A stretch of 63,210 nt of DNA, filler included, from Neoconidiobolus thromboides FSU 785 (Eukaryota; Fungi; Entomophthoromycota): NCBI GenBank assembly GCA_025603075.1. It is 4 parts of 4 records of this genome, joined end to end, with 100 filler letters (N's around TTAATTAATTAA, not from the genome) between each part and the next. Parts side by side here need not be neighbours in the genome. Positions count along the whole stretch, not along the records: positions 1 to 31,564 come from MU626477.1; 3 more parts are not named here. The stretch is one strand, 5' to 3'. Positions 1 to 14,732 of this stretch are shown here, piece after piece (position 1 is the first letter of the stretch; each line of letters opens with the position of its first letter). The notes under the pieces are model-generated. The model saw only the letters and a program-made list of their open reading frames with translations. It was not told the DNA's origin and made no database searches. The position numbers and the translations under genes are program-made.

Positions 1-1641
1 AATTATAGAAGTCTTTTTTTGGCTCTTCTTACCCAAGAACTTTTGTAACAATTTCAAAAAGTAGAGAAGACTTAAACTGGGTAATTGTACATAAAACTGA
101 GATTAAAGATAAAATACCGAATCCATGTTGGGCTCCTATTGAAAGTATATTATATTATAGCATATAATAACAATAATATAAAATTAATTTTTAGTACCAT
201 TATCTAAGTTATGTAATGGGGATTTAAATAGAGAATTAAAATTTGATTTGATAAAAATTAGTTCAGATGGGTGTAAGATATTAATGTTTACTTATAATAG
301 CTTTATTAATATCTCAAATTTAAATAGCACAAAAAATATTAGGAACAGCAGCAGTAAGTTTGTTTATTTTAATAAATTGAAGTTTGTATTTATTATTTAG
401 AGCTCAGTAAACTTATTACGTTCTAATTTTGAAAAAAGACAGGATAGTGTCATTTTGAATTTGAAGGATGTAGACAAAGAAACTCCTAAGCTAATGATTG
501 ATCAGCTTCATATAGTTCCTGGACCTTATTCCTTTTTAGATTATATACGATCAGGTGTACAAATATCATTTACTATGGCAATTGATTTTACGCAATCAAA
601 TGGAATACCTTCAAATCCTAATTCACTCCATTATATTGATAGGTCTGGAAGGTTTAATCAATATCAAATTGCAATTAAATCAATAGGAGATATCATTGCA
701 CCTTATGATCATGACCAATTATTTCCTGTAAGTATATATTTTAATACAATTTTTAGTAATATTTATTTGGTATATTTTAGGTCTATGGTTTTGGTGCTAG
801 AGTTAATGGCAATGCGTCACATTGCTTTCCTTTAAACATGAATTACAATCAGGTAGATATACTCAATTTATTGAATTGAAACCTTTTAAAACAATTTATA
901 GCCAGAAGTACAAGGAGTAGATGGTATATTAAATACATATACTAATGCAATAAACACAATTGAATTGTATGGTCCAACTAATTTTAGTCCAGTAAGTGAT
1001 CTATTTTTACATAAAGTAAAACTAAAAAAATGAAAAGGTAATAAACCAAGTAGTACAAAAAGTAAGTAGATTTGATATGAGATCCAACTATGAAATATTA
1101 GTTATATTAACAGGTAACTAATCTATAATAATTTATTGTCTGTAATTAAATATGCTATTTTGCTAACTTAGATGGAGTAATAAGTGGTAAGATCACAAAA
1201 CCAAGTAATCAACTATTAGCTAATCTTCAATTTAATTATCAGATATGGAACTCACTATTAGATCAATAGTAGATGCTTCTACACTTCCATTATCAATTAT
1301 TATTGTTGGAGTTGGAAATGCTGATTTTAGTAACGTAAGAAATAAACGTGTTTTAAATATCATATATTAATACTTTAAAAGATGGAGCGTTTGGACGGAG
1401 ATGATAAAAGATTATCAGTAAGTCAATTTTAATATTCTAAAAATAAACTTAACTTTGTTTTTAGTATTTTGATAAGTTCGCCTCAAGAGATATAGTACAA
1501 TTCGTTCCAATGCGAGATTTTATGCATGGCGCTGCACATTACTTATTACCAAAAGCAGTCTTAGAAGAAGTACCAGATCAACTAAAATCATACATGTCAA
1601 TGAATAATATCAACATCACATTACCACCTTCTTATAATTAA
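1..1641 (+). CDS. Copine (C2B + vWA domains), 5'-truncated at window start, multi-exon; paralog A
   Basis: Spliced translation gives a C2B-like segment (VHKTE..NPCW..LCNGD..SDGS..LG), then copine vWA motifs AIDFTQSNG, LYGPTNFSP, LTDGVISD, LPLSIIIVGVGNADF, RDIVQFVP and AVLEEVPDQL; stop TAA at 1639-1641; GT-AG introns. Confidence 0.93.
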
Positions 1642-2413
1642 TTTTTATAATAAAACGATAATTTTCAATTTCAATTTTAATTTCATAGTTTTCACAACAT
1701 TTTTATTTTTCATTATATTATTTAGGCTATAAAGTTATGTTTAAAATCATTTTTAATAATTTGCAGTATTTATTGCTAAAATATCTTTAGGTGATTCTAA
1801 ACTATAAGGGTTACAAATCAATTCAGCTAATGAATTTGATTTAAATGTTGAGAAATAAGCTTGACTAAGTAATTTGATAAGATTCAAAATAACAATCTGT
1901 TTTATTTTTAAATTTATTTTAAATACTTTTTTGAAGCTGCAAGTAAAACAGTAATATAAAAACCAAGTTACCAATTAGCAAAAAATTAAAACCCATTAAA
2001 CTAAAATATTCCACGGTACTAGTAAAAAAATAAAAAATAAAAAATAAAAAATAAAAAAACAAGAATATAAGCAAATACGTTTTTTTTTCCTTTTTAAACC
2101 ATTTTATCAATTAAACTTGTTAAATAAATACATATTATAAGCTTTTAATATTACTTCTATAATAACATATTTTAGTTTATTAACTTATAAAATTTGAGTT
2201 GATATTTAAGTGAAATTTATTGGCTGAATTAATTTGTGGCCCTAATGGTTTAGAATCACTATCTTTAGTATTAAGTTTAAATTTTAGTAGCAATTGTTAC
2301 TGCTACTCCATTCGAAATGCGAAAATACAATTTTAACCAATTATATTTAGACAAATAGTTTTAACAGTGTTTTGATATTTTTTAAATTACTTTTCATTCT
2401 TTTTATACTAAAA

Positions 2414-3098
2414 ATGAAATTAATTTACCATAATAACTTTATTATTACATTATTAAGCTCAATCTTCTTCTTGATCTCTAGAGCAAACGCATCAAGAATC
2501 AGTTATGAGCTTGTTGGCTATGAAAATGCATGTTTCTATAATACCGCTTTAGAACGTCACCTTAAAGCTTCTTTTTATTTTTCGGTAATTTAAATTAAAT
2601 AATTTTAATAATAATTAATATAATATATTTTAGATTTATAGAGGAGATGATTTTGAAGTAGATTATAGTGTCAAAGGACCAGGAGATCGTCAACTTATTT
2701 TTGGCGCAAATGTACGTCAAGGAGATTATGTTTTCACTGCTAATGATATCGGAGAGTACAGTTTCTGTTTTTCAAATCCAACTGGAAATATCAAAATTAT
2801 CGATTTTGAAATTATTTTCAATAGCTCTGATGAATATACATCACCACTTAAACTTAAGGACCCCGAACATCTTAATACTATGGAAAAAAGTTTAGTTTCT
2901 ATTCAAAAAATTTCTTCTTCTATTATGCGTGACCAACGTATATTTAGATCTCGTGAAGGCCGAAATGAAGCTGTTATTACTGATTTATCTGGCCGTGTAC
3001 ATTATTATTCTGTTAGTGTTGTAATAATTGTTGGTGTTATGGCTATCATTCAAGTATTAGCAATTCGTTCATTCTTTGCAACAAAGAGTCGCCATTAA
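2414..3098 (+). CDS. p24/EMP24/gp25L (GOLD domain) cargo receptor, 2 exons (2414-2584, 2634-3098)
   Basis: Signal peptide, then CFY...GDYVFTANDIGEYSFCFSN GOLD pattern, a coiled region and a C-terminal TM with short tail; the intron 2585-2633 keeps the frame. Confidence 0.92.
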
Positions 3099-3685
3099 AA
3101 GGATATGTTTATACTTAAATTGACTCTCATAACAATTTTCTTATAAGGTTTAACTTTCCATATTAATTTACAGGACATATTTTAAACATTTCATTTACAT
3201 TTAGATATTTTTTTATATTTAATCATAATAATCAAAATGAATGTATTAAATCAAAATATTTTATTTTCGTGATATAATTTAACGTTGAAGTAATTTTATT
3301 ACTAAGTCTACTTTCTGATATAAAACAAAGTGTATTATACTCATAAAATTTTCATAGATAGTTATGATTTTAATGACAAGTCATTTAACTTTATTAGCTT
3401 TAAATTATTAAATCACAAAATATGTAGTAAGTACAATTATGTTGTTGATATTTTAATTAGATGTAATAATTAATTAGTCTAAAGCACAATTCAAGTATAA
3501 TATTTTAATATAAATGATAGTAAAACTTAAGCATCTAAATTGTTTAGATAATCTTAACAAAAATTATTTTTTATTATAAAATAATTTAAATTAATCTTAT
3601 TTTAACCTTTGGGAAGATAATAGTATCGAATCAAAGTATGACTATACTCATTTGAACTTAATATAATAAAGAATAAGAATACTTG

Positions 3686-4200
3686 TTAAACATTGAATTG
3701 TCTAGGCTTAGGTAATAAAGGACGTGAACCTTGGTTCTCTTCATTTTTTGAATCTGATTCTTGGTTCTCTGGCTTAGGGGAGTTAGTGTTATTATTGTTA
3801 CTAGGATTCGTTTTTAAAATTTCTTCATCCCCTCTTTCAATTTTCATTGCCTAAATCAAAAATTAAAAATGAGCTAACTATTTAATAATTAAAATACCTC
3901 TCTTATTTTTGCTAAATAGATTTTTAAAGCTTCAGAATAATTTTCGAATCCTAAAGAATGCATAGACCATAAGATATCTTCTCCATTGATTGTTTTACGT
4001 TTCTCTTGAAGGCAACGGTCGCTTGCTTCACTAGTAATAAATGAAATAAATTCAGATGCACATTCCTGGATAATTTCTTTAGATTCTTTTGAAATCTTTG
4101 CATTATCTGGCAAGGCTCTTTTCATAATTCTACCAACATTGGCAATTGGTAGGAGGCGATCGGAATCGATGACTTCGGTGTCTTTTTCTCTTTCACTCAT
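3686..4200 (-). CDS. HAP3: CCAAT-binding factor subunit B (NF-YB/Hap3), 2 exons (4200-3898, 3850-3686)
   Basis: [14 protein letters not shown]...[40 protein letters not shown] histone-fold signature. Confidence 0.95.
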
Positions 4201-4684
4201 TGAATCTGTTTAAACTTAAAAAAAGAAATATTTTGATTTGATAAGATGGTTTTTGTAGAAAGTTAACCAATAATATTACGCAAAAATTCAATGTTAAATC
4301 ATCATTGGCTAATAATACTTTTTGTTGACGGTTAAGTGTAAGATTAATGTTAAAGTCACAACGTCTTCAATGAAAAATCAATCTAGGTTTAAAACACGTA
4401 AGTTTCAATAAAAAATACCCTTAAATTTACGAACTCATTAAACATGATATATTATTATAAATTATTTAATACAATAATAAAAGTATTAGTTCACAAAAAT
4501 TAAAAATTTATAACACTTTTATATTATACTACATTAGGTTTACAATATACTAATATAAAGATATAGATATTTACATACATGATAGCAATTTAAGATGGAA
4601 TATCTTGAAAACTATTCTAAATGCTATTAAATGGGAACATTAAATTAATAAAATTCTTATAAATTATTTAACTTTTTCATTTAT

Positions 4685-6097
4685 TTAAAAATTAAATTGA
4701 GAGGAAAGTGGAGTTGTTGGAGTCGAATGATTATGGAATAAATTATTTCCAGTAACTATAGATGTATAAGTAGGATGTAATTGAGATGGAAGCATTTTAC
4801 TTTGGTTGTTAGTAGTATTAGTTGGAGGATAGAATGGCATTGCACTTATAGATAATTTTGGGTTGTTATTCAAGGCATCATTTAAACTTGGGTTTGGTTT
4901 AACTCCAAATGGGTTCTTTGAAAAGCTTAATCTTACATTTTTACTAGTAATAGACTTTATAATATTAGAATCATGTAAAAGTTTGATATCTAATAATTCC
5001 CCATTCTTTGATAAGATAGCATTGGTGGCATCTTGAGTAGATTCAAATTCTACAAAGCATATTGGCCCTGGTAAGGTACTTAAGTCTTTGTTAGTGTTCT
5101 TTTGAATCATATTTTGAATATGTTGACGATTATTTTCCATTTGTTTGATCGAATCAGGGTCACGTGTAGATTCATTGTTTCCTCCAGGTATTTTATAGGT
5201 TAAACTTAACCTTTGATATCCTTTAACATCACTAAATAAATTGACAATATCTTGTTCTAAAGTACCAAATAAAAGATTTCCAATAAATAATGTATTACAA
5301 GGTGAATTTCTATCACTATTGTGAATTGACTTATTATTTTGTACTCTGGGTAAATAAGTATTATTAACATTAGCTGGTTTAAAATTATTGATGCGATTAT
5401 TCATCAAATCATTATTCATTTCCTTTTGGTCCATATTACTATTAAAGTCATTAAAATAAGTATTATTCATAGTTAAAGGATCACTATATGAATTGAAGAA
5501 TGGTAATTTAGGTTCTTGACGTAAATTAAAATCATATGAAGTATTATAAAATGAAGGAAAGCTAAATTGATTGTTAACTAATGCATCTAGACTAGTTTGT
5601 ACACGATCATTTCTATTATTCAAACCAGGAGGTGGGGTTTTGAAACTGTTATTTATATTTAAAACATCTTTGAATTTAGTATCCCCTAATTTTGACTCCT
5701 TTTTATCGTCATTGTTTAATTTTGGTTGGGCAGAAATTAAATTGTTAAGAAGCTCCTCAATAGTTTTTTCTTGATCTAATATACTTTTAGATTCAGATAA
5801 TAAACTGTTATTGATGTTACTAGTCTCTTTGATAATATCTTCATTTTCTAACATTTCACCGTCCTTTTTAAATACAGTAACTTTTAAACTATTTTCTTGA
5901 TCAAACTTATAACCATCGATCACTTTCTTAATGTCAATGACTTGGCCAATGGTATCTAACTCAACAACCCCTGAGCTTTGGCTGTTGTTATAATTAAAAC
6001 CTAAAGTTGAAATATCTTTATAAAACATAAACATATTTTTAAATTCACGTATTTTTGTATCTTTAGGAAATCCAGTGATATTAATATTGTAAACCAT
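4685..6097 (-). CDS. Whi3/Scw1-like RRM RNA-binding protein
   Basis: C-terminal RRM PCNTLFIGNL...ICFVEFE...RLSFSKNPFG typical of the Whi3/Scw1 family; a degenerate N-terminal RRM; N-rich linker. Confidence 0.82.
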   Translation of the reverse strand: MVYNINITGFPKDTKIREFKNMFMFYKDISTLGFNYNNSQSSGVVELDTIGQVIDIKKVIDGYKFDQENSLKVTVFKKDGEMLENEDIIKETSNINNSLLSESKSILDQEKTIEELLNNLISAQPKLNNDDKKESKLGDTKFKDVLNINNSFKTPPPGLNNRNDRVQTSLDALVNNQFSFPSFYNTSYDFNLRQEPKLPFFNSYSDPLTMNNTYFNDFNSNMDQKEMNNDLMNNRINNFKPANVNNTYLPRVQNNKSIHNSDRNSPCNTLFIGNLLFGTLEQDIVNLFSDVKGYQRLSLTYKIPGGNNESTRDPDSIKQMENNRQHIQNMIQKNTNKDLSTLPGPICFVEFESTQDATNAILSKNGELLDIKLLHDSNIIKSITSKNVRLSFSKNPFGVKPNPSLNDALNNNPKLSISAMPFYPPTNTTNNQSKMLPSQLHPTYTSIVTGNNLFHNHSTPTTPLSSQFNF

Positions 6098-7973
6098 TGT
6101 TAATAAATAATTGAGTATAAATAATTGAGTATAAATAAATTCTATTGATAGCTAACTTGTTTCTAATGCTTTTATAAAATCCAAAAATGTCTTCTATAAT
6201 AATAAATAAATTATGTGAGTAATAAAAATAAAAATCAAGTAATATGCGCTTTTGACGTTTAAAATAAAAAACAAAAAGATAAAAAGATAGAAAGATAAAA
6301 AGATAAATTGAAATTAACAGATGTATTCTTTTGATATTTATATATATAGTACTATTTATTAATTTATATTTTCTTTTTTTACCTTTGATTCAAGTAAACT
6401 CTCCTTTATTCTCTCACGTTACCATTTAATTTCCTTAATTAAAGCATTTAATCTCTAACCCTATTGAAACAGCCAATCTATTTTCAACTTTCTCTCCCTA
6501 AATTCTAAATGTTCAAAGCTCCTACATTTGATTAGGTTGCACTATTTAGCTTCTTACTAATATCGGAGTTTTACAAAGTTTCATCAAGGAAATTTTTAAA
6601 AAGATTAATTTTTTCTATCAATATAAAACAAAAAATAAAGATTATAATGTAAGTATTAAAATATTTAATTAAGTATTATAATACGATTTAAAATGTTTTA
6701 AACTAAAATAAGCTATGAATTAATATAATCTAATTTCAAAATTCATATCTTTGTATAATAGAGTATTTTATAAAACTTAATAAAAGAATAATAAAAATTG
6801 GAAGATTTAATTACTTTTGATTTTTATAGTGTTTAAATTGACATTGTATGTTAAAATCAACAATTGTATTATAATAATGATAATATAATGAATGTCATAG
6901 TAAAAGATGAAACTTATTTTATTTCAAATTTAAAAATCGCAAGTTATTTTTTGAATTATTTGTGCTATAATTTTTTTAAATATTACTTATAATGGTTTAA
7001 GTAATAATTTGTGTTAGAAAAGAACATTCAGATAAAAATTATAACATTACTATAATGTTTTTCTTAAGAAAGCTTCTACAATAATCTTTAAGAAAAATTT
7101 CAATGAGAACTAACAATTATTCAATTAAAGTAAATAAGTTGTTATATTTTTTTGTTTAGGATTTTAACTAAGAATACTTGAATTTTATATAAACAAAAAG
7201 CAAAAAAAAGATTAAAACATAAAAGAATTCCTATATAATTCAATATTACTTTTTAATATAATTCTTTCGTATTTATTGAACACTTTCTAATTCTACACTA
7301 GGTTTTCTTGAATGCCTATATTACATTATGATTTTATCGTTATCTTGAGAGATCTAAATATAAAGTACAAGATCATAAATGATCTCTATTAATTGCTTAA
7401 AAAGATTGCTTTTTATACAAAGAGATTGTAAATTTTTTATATTGTGAAACAATGGATTCAAGTTTAACCTACTCAAATTTAAAGCTTGATACATTGGTAT
7501 TAGAATATTCCCCGATAATATAATATTCGTTACATAACCTTACTGTTCTTTTCCTACAGGCTCTCCTCTTATCATTCAGTTCATTTTTACTTTTACCCTC
7601 TTCCAACAATTAGCCATTTGGGAAATTCACTCTTTCAAATTTTAAGAAAATAATATATTCAATAAATTAAACAAATTAAACAAAACAATATCATAATCAA
7701 GATTATCAAAAATAGATTAAATCATTCAATAAACAGACAAATTTTGATTTATATATACAACTTTTTAAAATATTATTGAACAGATAACAAAACTGGAGAT
7801 TTTAATCTGAGATTGTTAGTCCCTTTGCTAAATACAACAAATTGAAGTTAAGAATACTGGCGTTATTTTTTTATCAAATCAAATCAAGTTCAATATTTGC
7901 TTCATATTTAACTATTTTATGCTATTTAGTTGAACTTTATTTTACATCAATAATTTCAACTTTTAACTACCAA

Positions 7974-10125
7974 ATGGAAGATCAAGTTATTAAAAATCCA
8001 AGGAAGCAAATATGGCGTACAAATAAACAAGGAAATGTGATAAGAGGAAGAAATAAATCAACTGGAGGAAGAGGGGGTTTTAAAAAGGGATTAAAAGAAA
8101 ATAAACCAGGAAAAAAATCGGTATTTGATAGACTAGGTTTAAAAACTGAAACCAATAAAGATAATAATATGAATACTAGAATCAATTTTAAAAAAAACAT
8201 TTTTCAAAAAAAAAATAAAGATCATGGTTTTTTGAAGAAAAACAAGTCAATTCGAGAGCAAGATGAATTTATTAAAGGAAATGATTCTGATGAATATATG
8301 GATGACGTAAGTGAAGATGAGAACTCAGATAATATGGAATCAGACGGTATGGGATCAGAAGGTGTTGGAATGGAAGATACTGAGCTTGAAAATGTTGGAA
8401 TTGATGATATGGGATCTGATGACGTTGAACATGATGTTGATAGTGATGGGATTAGAGATGCAGAATATGACTCAGAAAATATGATTGAGGAACTTGAAAA
8501 AGAAATTTATAATAATGAAGAAAGAAATAATCATAGCTATAAAAAAAATAGTCGAAATGATATAAAACCAGTTAAAGAATTTGTTGGTGGAGAGAGTGTA
8601 CTAAGTAATATTATGCAATCTAGAAGAAAGACAAATGAAGAAAGAAGAAAAGAAGAAGAAATGAGACAACAGTATATGAAAAAATTAGATGAAGTAAAGT
8701 TTTTGGACTATTTTTCTATTGAAAATTAATAATTTTTTAGTTAAAAGAGGAACGTCAATTTGAAATGAAACGGTATATAAAGGAAGGATTTATGACCGAT
8801 CCAGAAAAAAAAATGGATATCAAAGATGCTATAAATTTAATACCTGATTGTCATACTATGTGTCCAGAATTTGAAAGGGCAGAAAGAAAATTTGAAAACA
8901 ATGTGGATAAATTTGAAAAGGTGATAATAGTTTTATTAATAAATCATAAAATTAAAGTTTTAGAATCCTTATGAAATGGTAAAAAAATATACTCGTTCAG
9001 CTGCTGGTACTCATATTATTATGCCTTGTGATGTTCGTACACCAAAAGTTTTATTAGTGAGTTTTTTTTAAAAAAAAGATATAAATTTCTAATTGACATT
9101 CAAATATTAGGAGACGACTCATTATCTTATTGATAAAGTCGTTAATAATGACAAACATACGTTCTATGAAACTCATTCTTTTGTGAGAGATAGATTAAGG
9201 GCCGTTGCAAAAGATTTTATTCTTCAACATTATAACGGACCAATTGCAGTTGAAGTTTACGAAATGATATCTAGATTTTATATACTATCAATTCATGAAT
9301 TAAGTAAAGAGAAGAAATGGGATGAAATACCAGAAGAACGTAAGCAATTAAAAGCAAGTAATATTCTAAATTAGTTTTATTTAAATTTTATTTACAATTC
9401 AATTCGTAGCGTTATCGAATCTCGTAGAAGAATATGAAATGCTAAGAAAAAAGAATATACAATGTCCAAATGAACATGAATTTCGAAGTTATATTGATCT
9501 CAATAATCTTTTTATGATCAAAAGTGCTTATAATTTCATACAAACAAACAACACATTTAAATATGATATGATTAAAAAGGAAACTAGGATAGTTAAAAAA
9601 GTAGAAAGATTAATAGCTAAAATAACAGCAAGTTTAAATATATCCAATAAGCAATCTTTTAATGATGATATACTTTTATTATTTATGGAATTTTTTGATT
9701 TTGTGTTTAATTTAGAAAAAGATTATTTTTTATTTGGTTGTATAATAGAAACTCATTTTCAATCTGTTCGGAGATTAATAATGTTAACACTTAAATTAAT
9801 GAATAATGAAAATAATAATCAAATAAGTTATACAGTACAATCATTAAATGATTTATTACATTTCGATGATTTAGAATTCTTTAAAAAGTTTTTAAATTAT
9901 TGTGGAATTAATAATTTTAATATCAATAATGGACCTCAAGAACAAGTTATTTTAGATTTAAATGGATCAAGTTTAATTGATATTAAAAAGGTTGTAGAAT
10001 CTATTCATATACTTACTCAAGTTATTTTTTCAAAAAAAGTTGATCAAATTAAAAAAGATAGGGATTATAAGTCTATTATATGTGGTTTATTAGATGATAC
10101 TAAAGATTTAAGCCAAACTGTTTCA

Positions 10126-10173
<48 letters not shown>

Positions 10174-12890
10174 TTGCAAAGCGAATTATCAGGTTTTAGT
10201 TTCATTACAGGTAAAACCATTCCCAACGTTATTGAAAATCAAAATTTAAACTCAAAGAAGAATAGTGTTATTCTGGTTAAAGAAAAACAAAAAATTGGAA
10301 TGACATTAGAACAAGAGAGTATAATAAGAACAAAACATGAAGAGATATTACAATTGAAAAATAAAATTCAAGGACTAATTGATGCTAAAAATAATTTAAA
10401 AGAATATGAGACCCAACTACCTAATCAAGCAGAAAGATATCAAGAATATTTAAACCTACAACAAGTAAGAATACAAGAAGAAGCTTTAATAGAAAAAGAA
10501 ATAAGGAGAGATAATATATTACAACAAAAATTAGACCAATTAAATTTAGAAAATCGAGAAATAACAATAATCTTTAAAGAAGCGGAACAAATAAAAGCAG
10601 AACTATTAGAAGAAAATAAAGCTGGTGAAATTCGTAGAAAAGAAATGAAAGATAAGTTAGACAAAGAAATTGAAAAAACAAAAAGAAAAGAAATTGAAAG
10701 AAAGGAAAAGGAAAAAGAAATTAAAGAAAAAAGGAAAGTTGATAATTTAGCTAAAAAACTAACTGAAGAAATGATTAATGAATATACAGAAAATCTTATA
10801 AAAGAACAATTCAAAATAAAAATAAAAGAGGAAACTACAGTGGATGTATTGTACACTAATTTAGTTGAAAATTATATGCAAGAATTGGTATACGAAGAAA
10901 TGAGTCAACAATATAGAAGTCAATATTTGATTCAAAAATATTTTAAGGAATTCAAAGTAAAAGCTAAGATTTCATCTAATAAAAGAAAAGAAAGAGAAAG
11001 ATTAAGTGAATTAACACTTAAAATGAATCCGTTAAAAATGAAATTTCAAATAGATGAATTACAAAGTGATATTCAAGTGAATTGGAATGATTATATTGAA
11101 TTTAAAGAAGGAATGACAACAGACGATATGTTATGTGAAGTTATTGATAAATCAAGAGAAGTTTATTTGTCTAAAATTAAACCAATACTTAATAATCCAG
11201 TAATAAGAGAATTGTTACAATGTATAATTCTACCAGAAATGTTAAAAGTGTATAATGATCAACTTAGTTGGAGTATTTATTTTATATTGCCCGATATTGA
11301 GCATTATTCATCAGAATATTTAAAAACTAAATTAAATTTAAAACCTCAAATTATCAATGAAGAGCTTTATTATAATAATTTTAAACAAAATAATATTAAT
11401 AATATTAATAAATCAGAATTAGATATTCATTTGATGGATGATTTTAATAAAGTTATTTTATTTCCAAAGGTAGATTTTATTATTATTATTATTATTATTA
11501 TATGATTTTAATTTCAATTATATTTAGGTTGAATCTGTTAATTTTAGAACTTTGGTATTTCAATTAGATATATTAGAATTGGATCAAAATAAAAAGTATT
11601 TTATTTTTTATTAATTATATTAAATATTAATATATTGTTTTACAGTGATTATTTTTTTCAACAAGTTAAGAAATTGGAAGAGATAATTTTAATAGCAAAA
11701 ACAAAAGAAATTGTATTTAACAATTTAGGTATAATTTATTGGCCAAATTCAACAGAAGACTTAATTGATCAAGAGGTAATTTATTTTGAAAAATAATTAA
11801 TAATTCTATTTTATTGAAATTTTATTTAGTCCATTTATAATGAAGTTGTATTATCAAGTGAATTAATTAATAATACATTTAATAAAATAACTATTAAAAA
11901 TATGGATCCAGAAGATATTGATGAACAATTACAAGATTTTTTATTTCATATTGCTAAACAATCAAATATTGATCATCCGGAGAAATTGAGAATTTATACG
12001 GGTAATTATAAATTATAAATTTAAGTTCATATTATTAATGTTATTATTTTATTATTATTATTATTTAGATACATTAAGTAATTTCCAACAAAAAACTAAT
12101 GATTTAATTACATTAATGACATCTTCAACATATTTAGCAAATTATGGTAATTTAGTTTAATTTAATTTATTATTTATAATAATTAATAACTTTATATTAG
12201 AACATTTCTTTAAATTCCTTGATATTGGATTTGAAATTTTTAATCTTATAATTAATTATTTAGAAGCCAATGATTTAGGTCAATTTAAAAAGCAAGGTGA
12301 TAATTATTATATGGCTGAATTTATAAAGTAATTGAATTATTTTAATTAAACTAATAATAATAATGATGTTTTAGTCAAAATGAAGAATTTAAAAATAAAT
12401 TAGAAATTTTGATGGAAAATACAGTAAATTCAGATGAAGTTGTTAATAATGGTATAAGATTTACAAAGTATTATTATATATATTAATATTTTGTTTATAC
12501 TAGATTTAAAAAATAATTTAAAGGACGTACTTAATGAAATAGCCACTTATTTATTTAATTCATTACAAGTTTATCAAACAAATGTACCCATTAATTTTCA
12601 ATTTATAAATCCAATATTCGAACAATTTGTTTTAAAAAAACAACAACAGATAAAAGATATTAATAATAATATGTTGGAAAATAAAAGGTATATTTCATAT
12701 TCTTGTTTTTATAATAATAATAATATATTAATAATAATAATATATTAATAGAGAACATGAAGCTATTGAAAGAGAAATTAAAAAGCCAAAATTAGATGTG
12801 ATGAAAAAAATTAATCATAGTAAAAAAGTAATTAAAGAATTTAAAGAATTTTTAAATCAAATTGGTAATAAACAAAGTACCACCCTTTAA
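7974..12890 (+). CDS. SAC3: SAC3/GANP family nuclear mRNA export factor, multi-exon
   Basis: MCPEFER, VKKYTRSAAG, DVRTPKVL and HSFVRDRLRAVAKDFILQ match the SAC3/GANP domain; acidic N-terminus, coiled-coil and poly-N tract; last exon ends TAA at 12888-12890. 3' exon boundaries are approximate. Confidence 0.85.
10126..10173 (+). repeat. (AAT)n coding microsatellite giving poly-Asn in SAC3
   Basis: About 16 AAT units in frame. Confidence 0.9.
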
Positions 12891-13138
12891 TTTTTATTTA
12901 ATTGTTATTGTAAAGACTAATAAATTGAATTTTATGAACTAATTATTTAATTTTGATTATTATTATTTTCTCCTTTTGAGTTAGATGAAATTTCAATTCC
13001 AGCATAGCAGTTACTTTAATTTAAAGTTTTTGATTGGAAACCTAAAAAGAAAAATTCTATTGATGACATCAATTAAAAAAAAAATCTAAATTCATCCCTC
13101 ATTTTCAATAAAAAAAATCAAAACAATTCTTAATAGTA

Positions 13139-14354
<1,216 letters not shown>

Positions 14355-14732
14355 GTATTTGTAAAATTCTACTTTGAATGATTAAGTTAATAAAGTGGAT
14401 AGTTGTTATTTTATTATTAAAATTATCTCAATTTTATTGTACTCATGTTGGATAATTAGAAGGAATAATTAGTATAATAAAAATATACAAAGTAGATAAA
14501 GATGAAATTGGAATAATATAATTTATTTAAAAACCTCATAAGTTAGTGATTTAAGCAGTTTTTAATAGAGAATAATGTTTAGTTTTAGTTTTGATTTTTT
14601 GTTCACTTTGATAGGCTTAAAAGTTAAAAAGGACATTAATTAAATACTTTTAAAAAAAACTTCTAGAATTTTAAAATCACTTCATAAAACTCTAGCAATC
14701 AAAAATCAAAAATAACTTCTATTTAAATTTCA

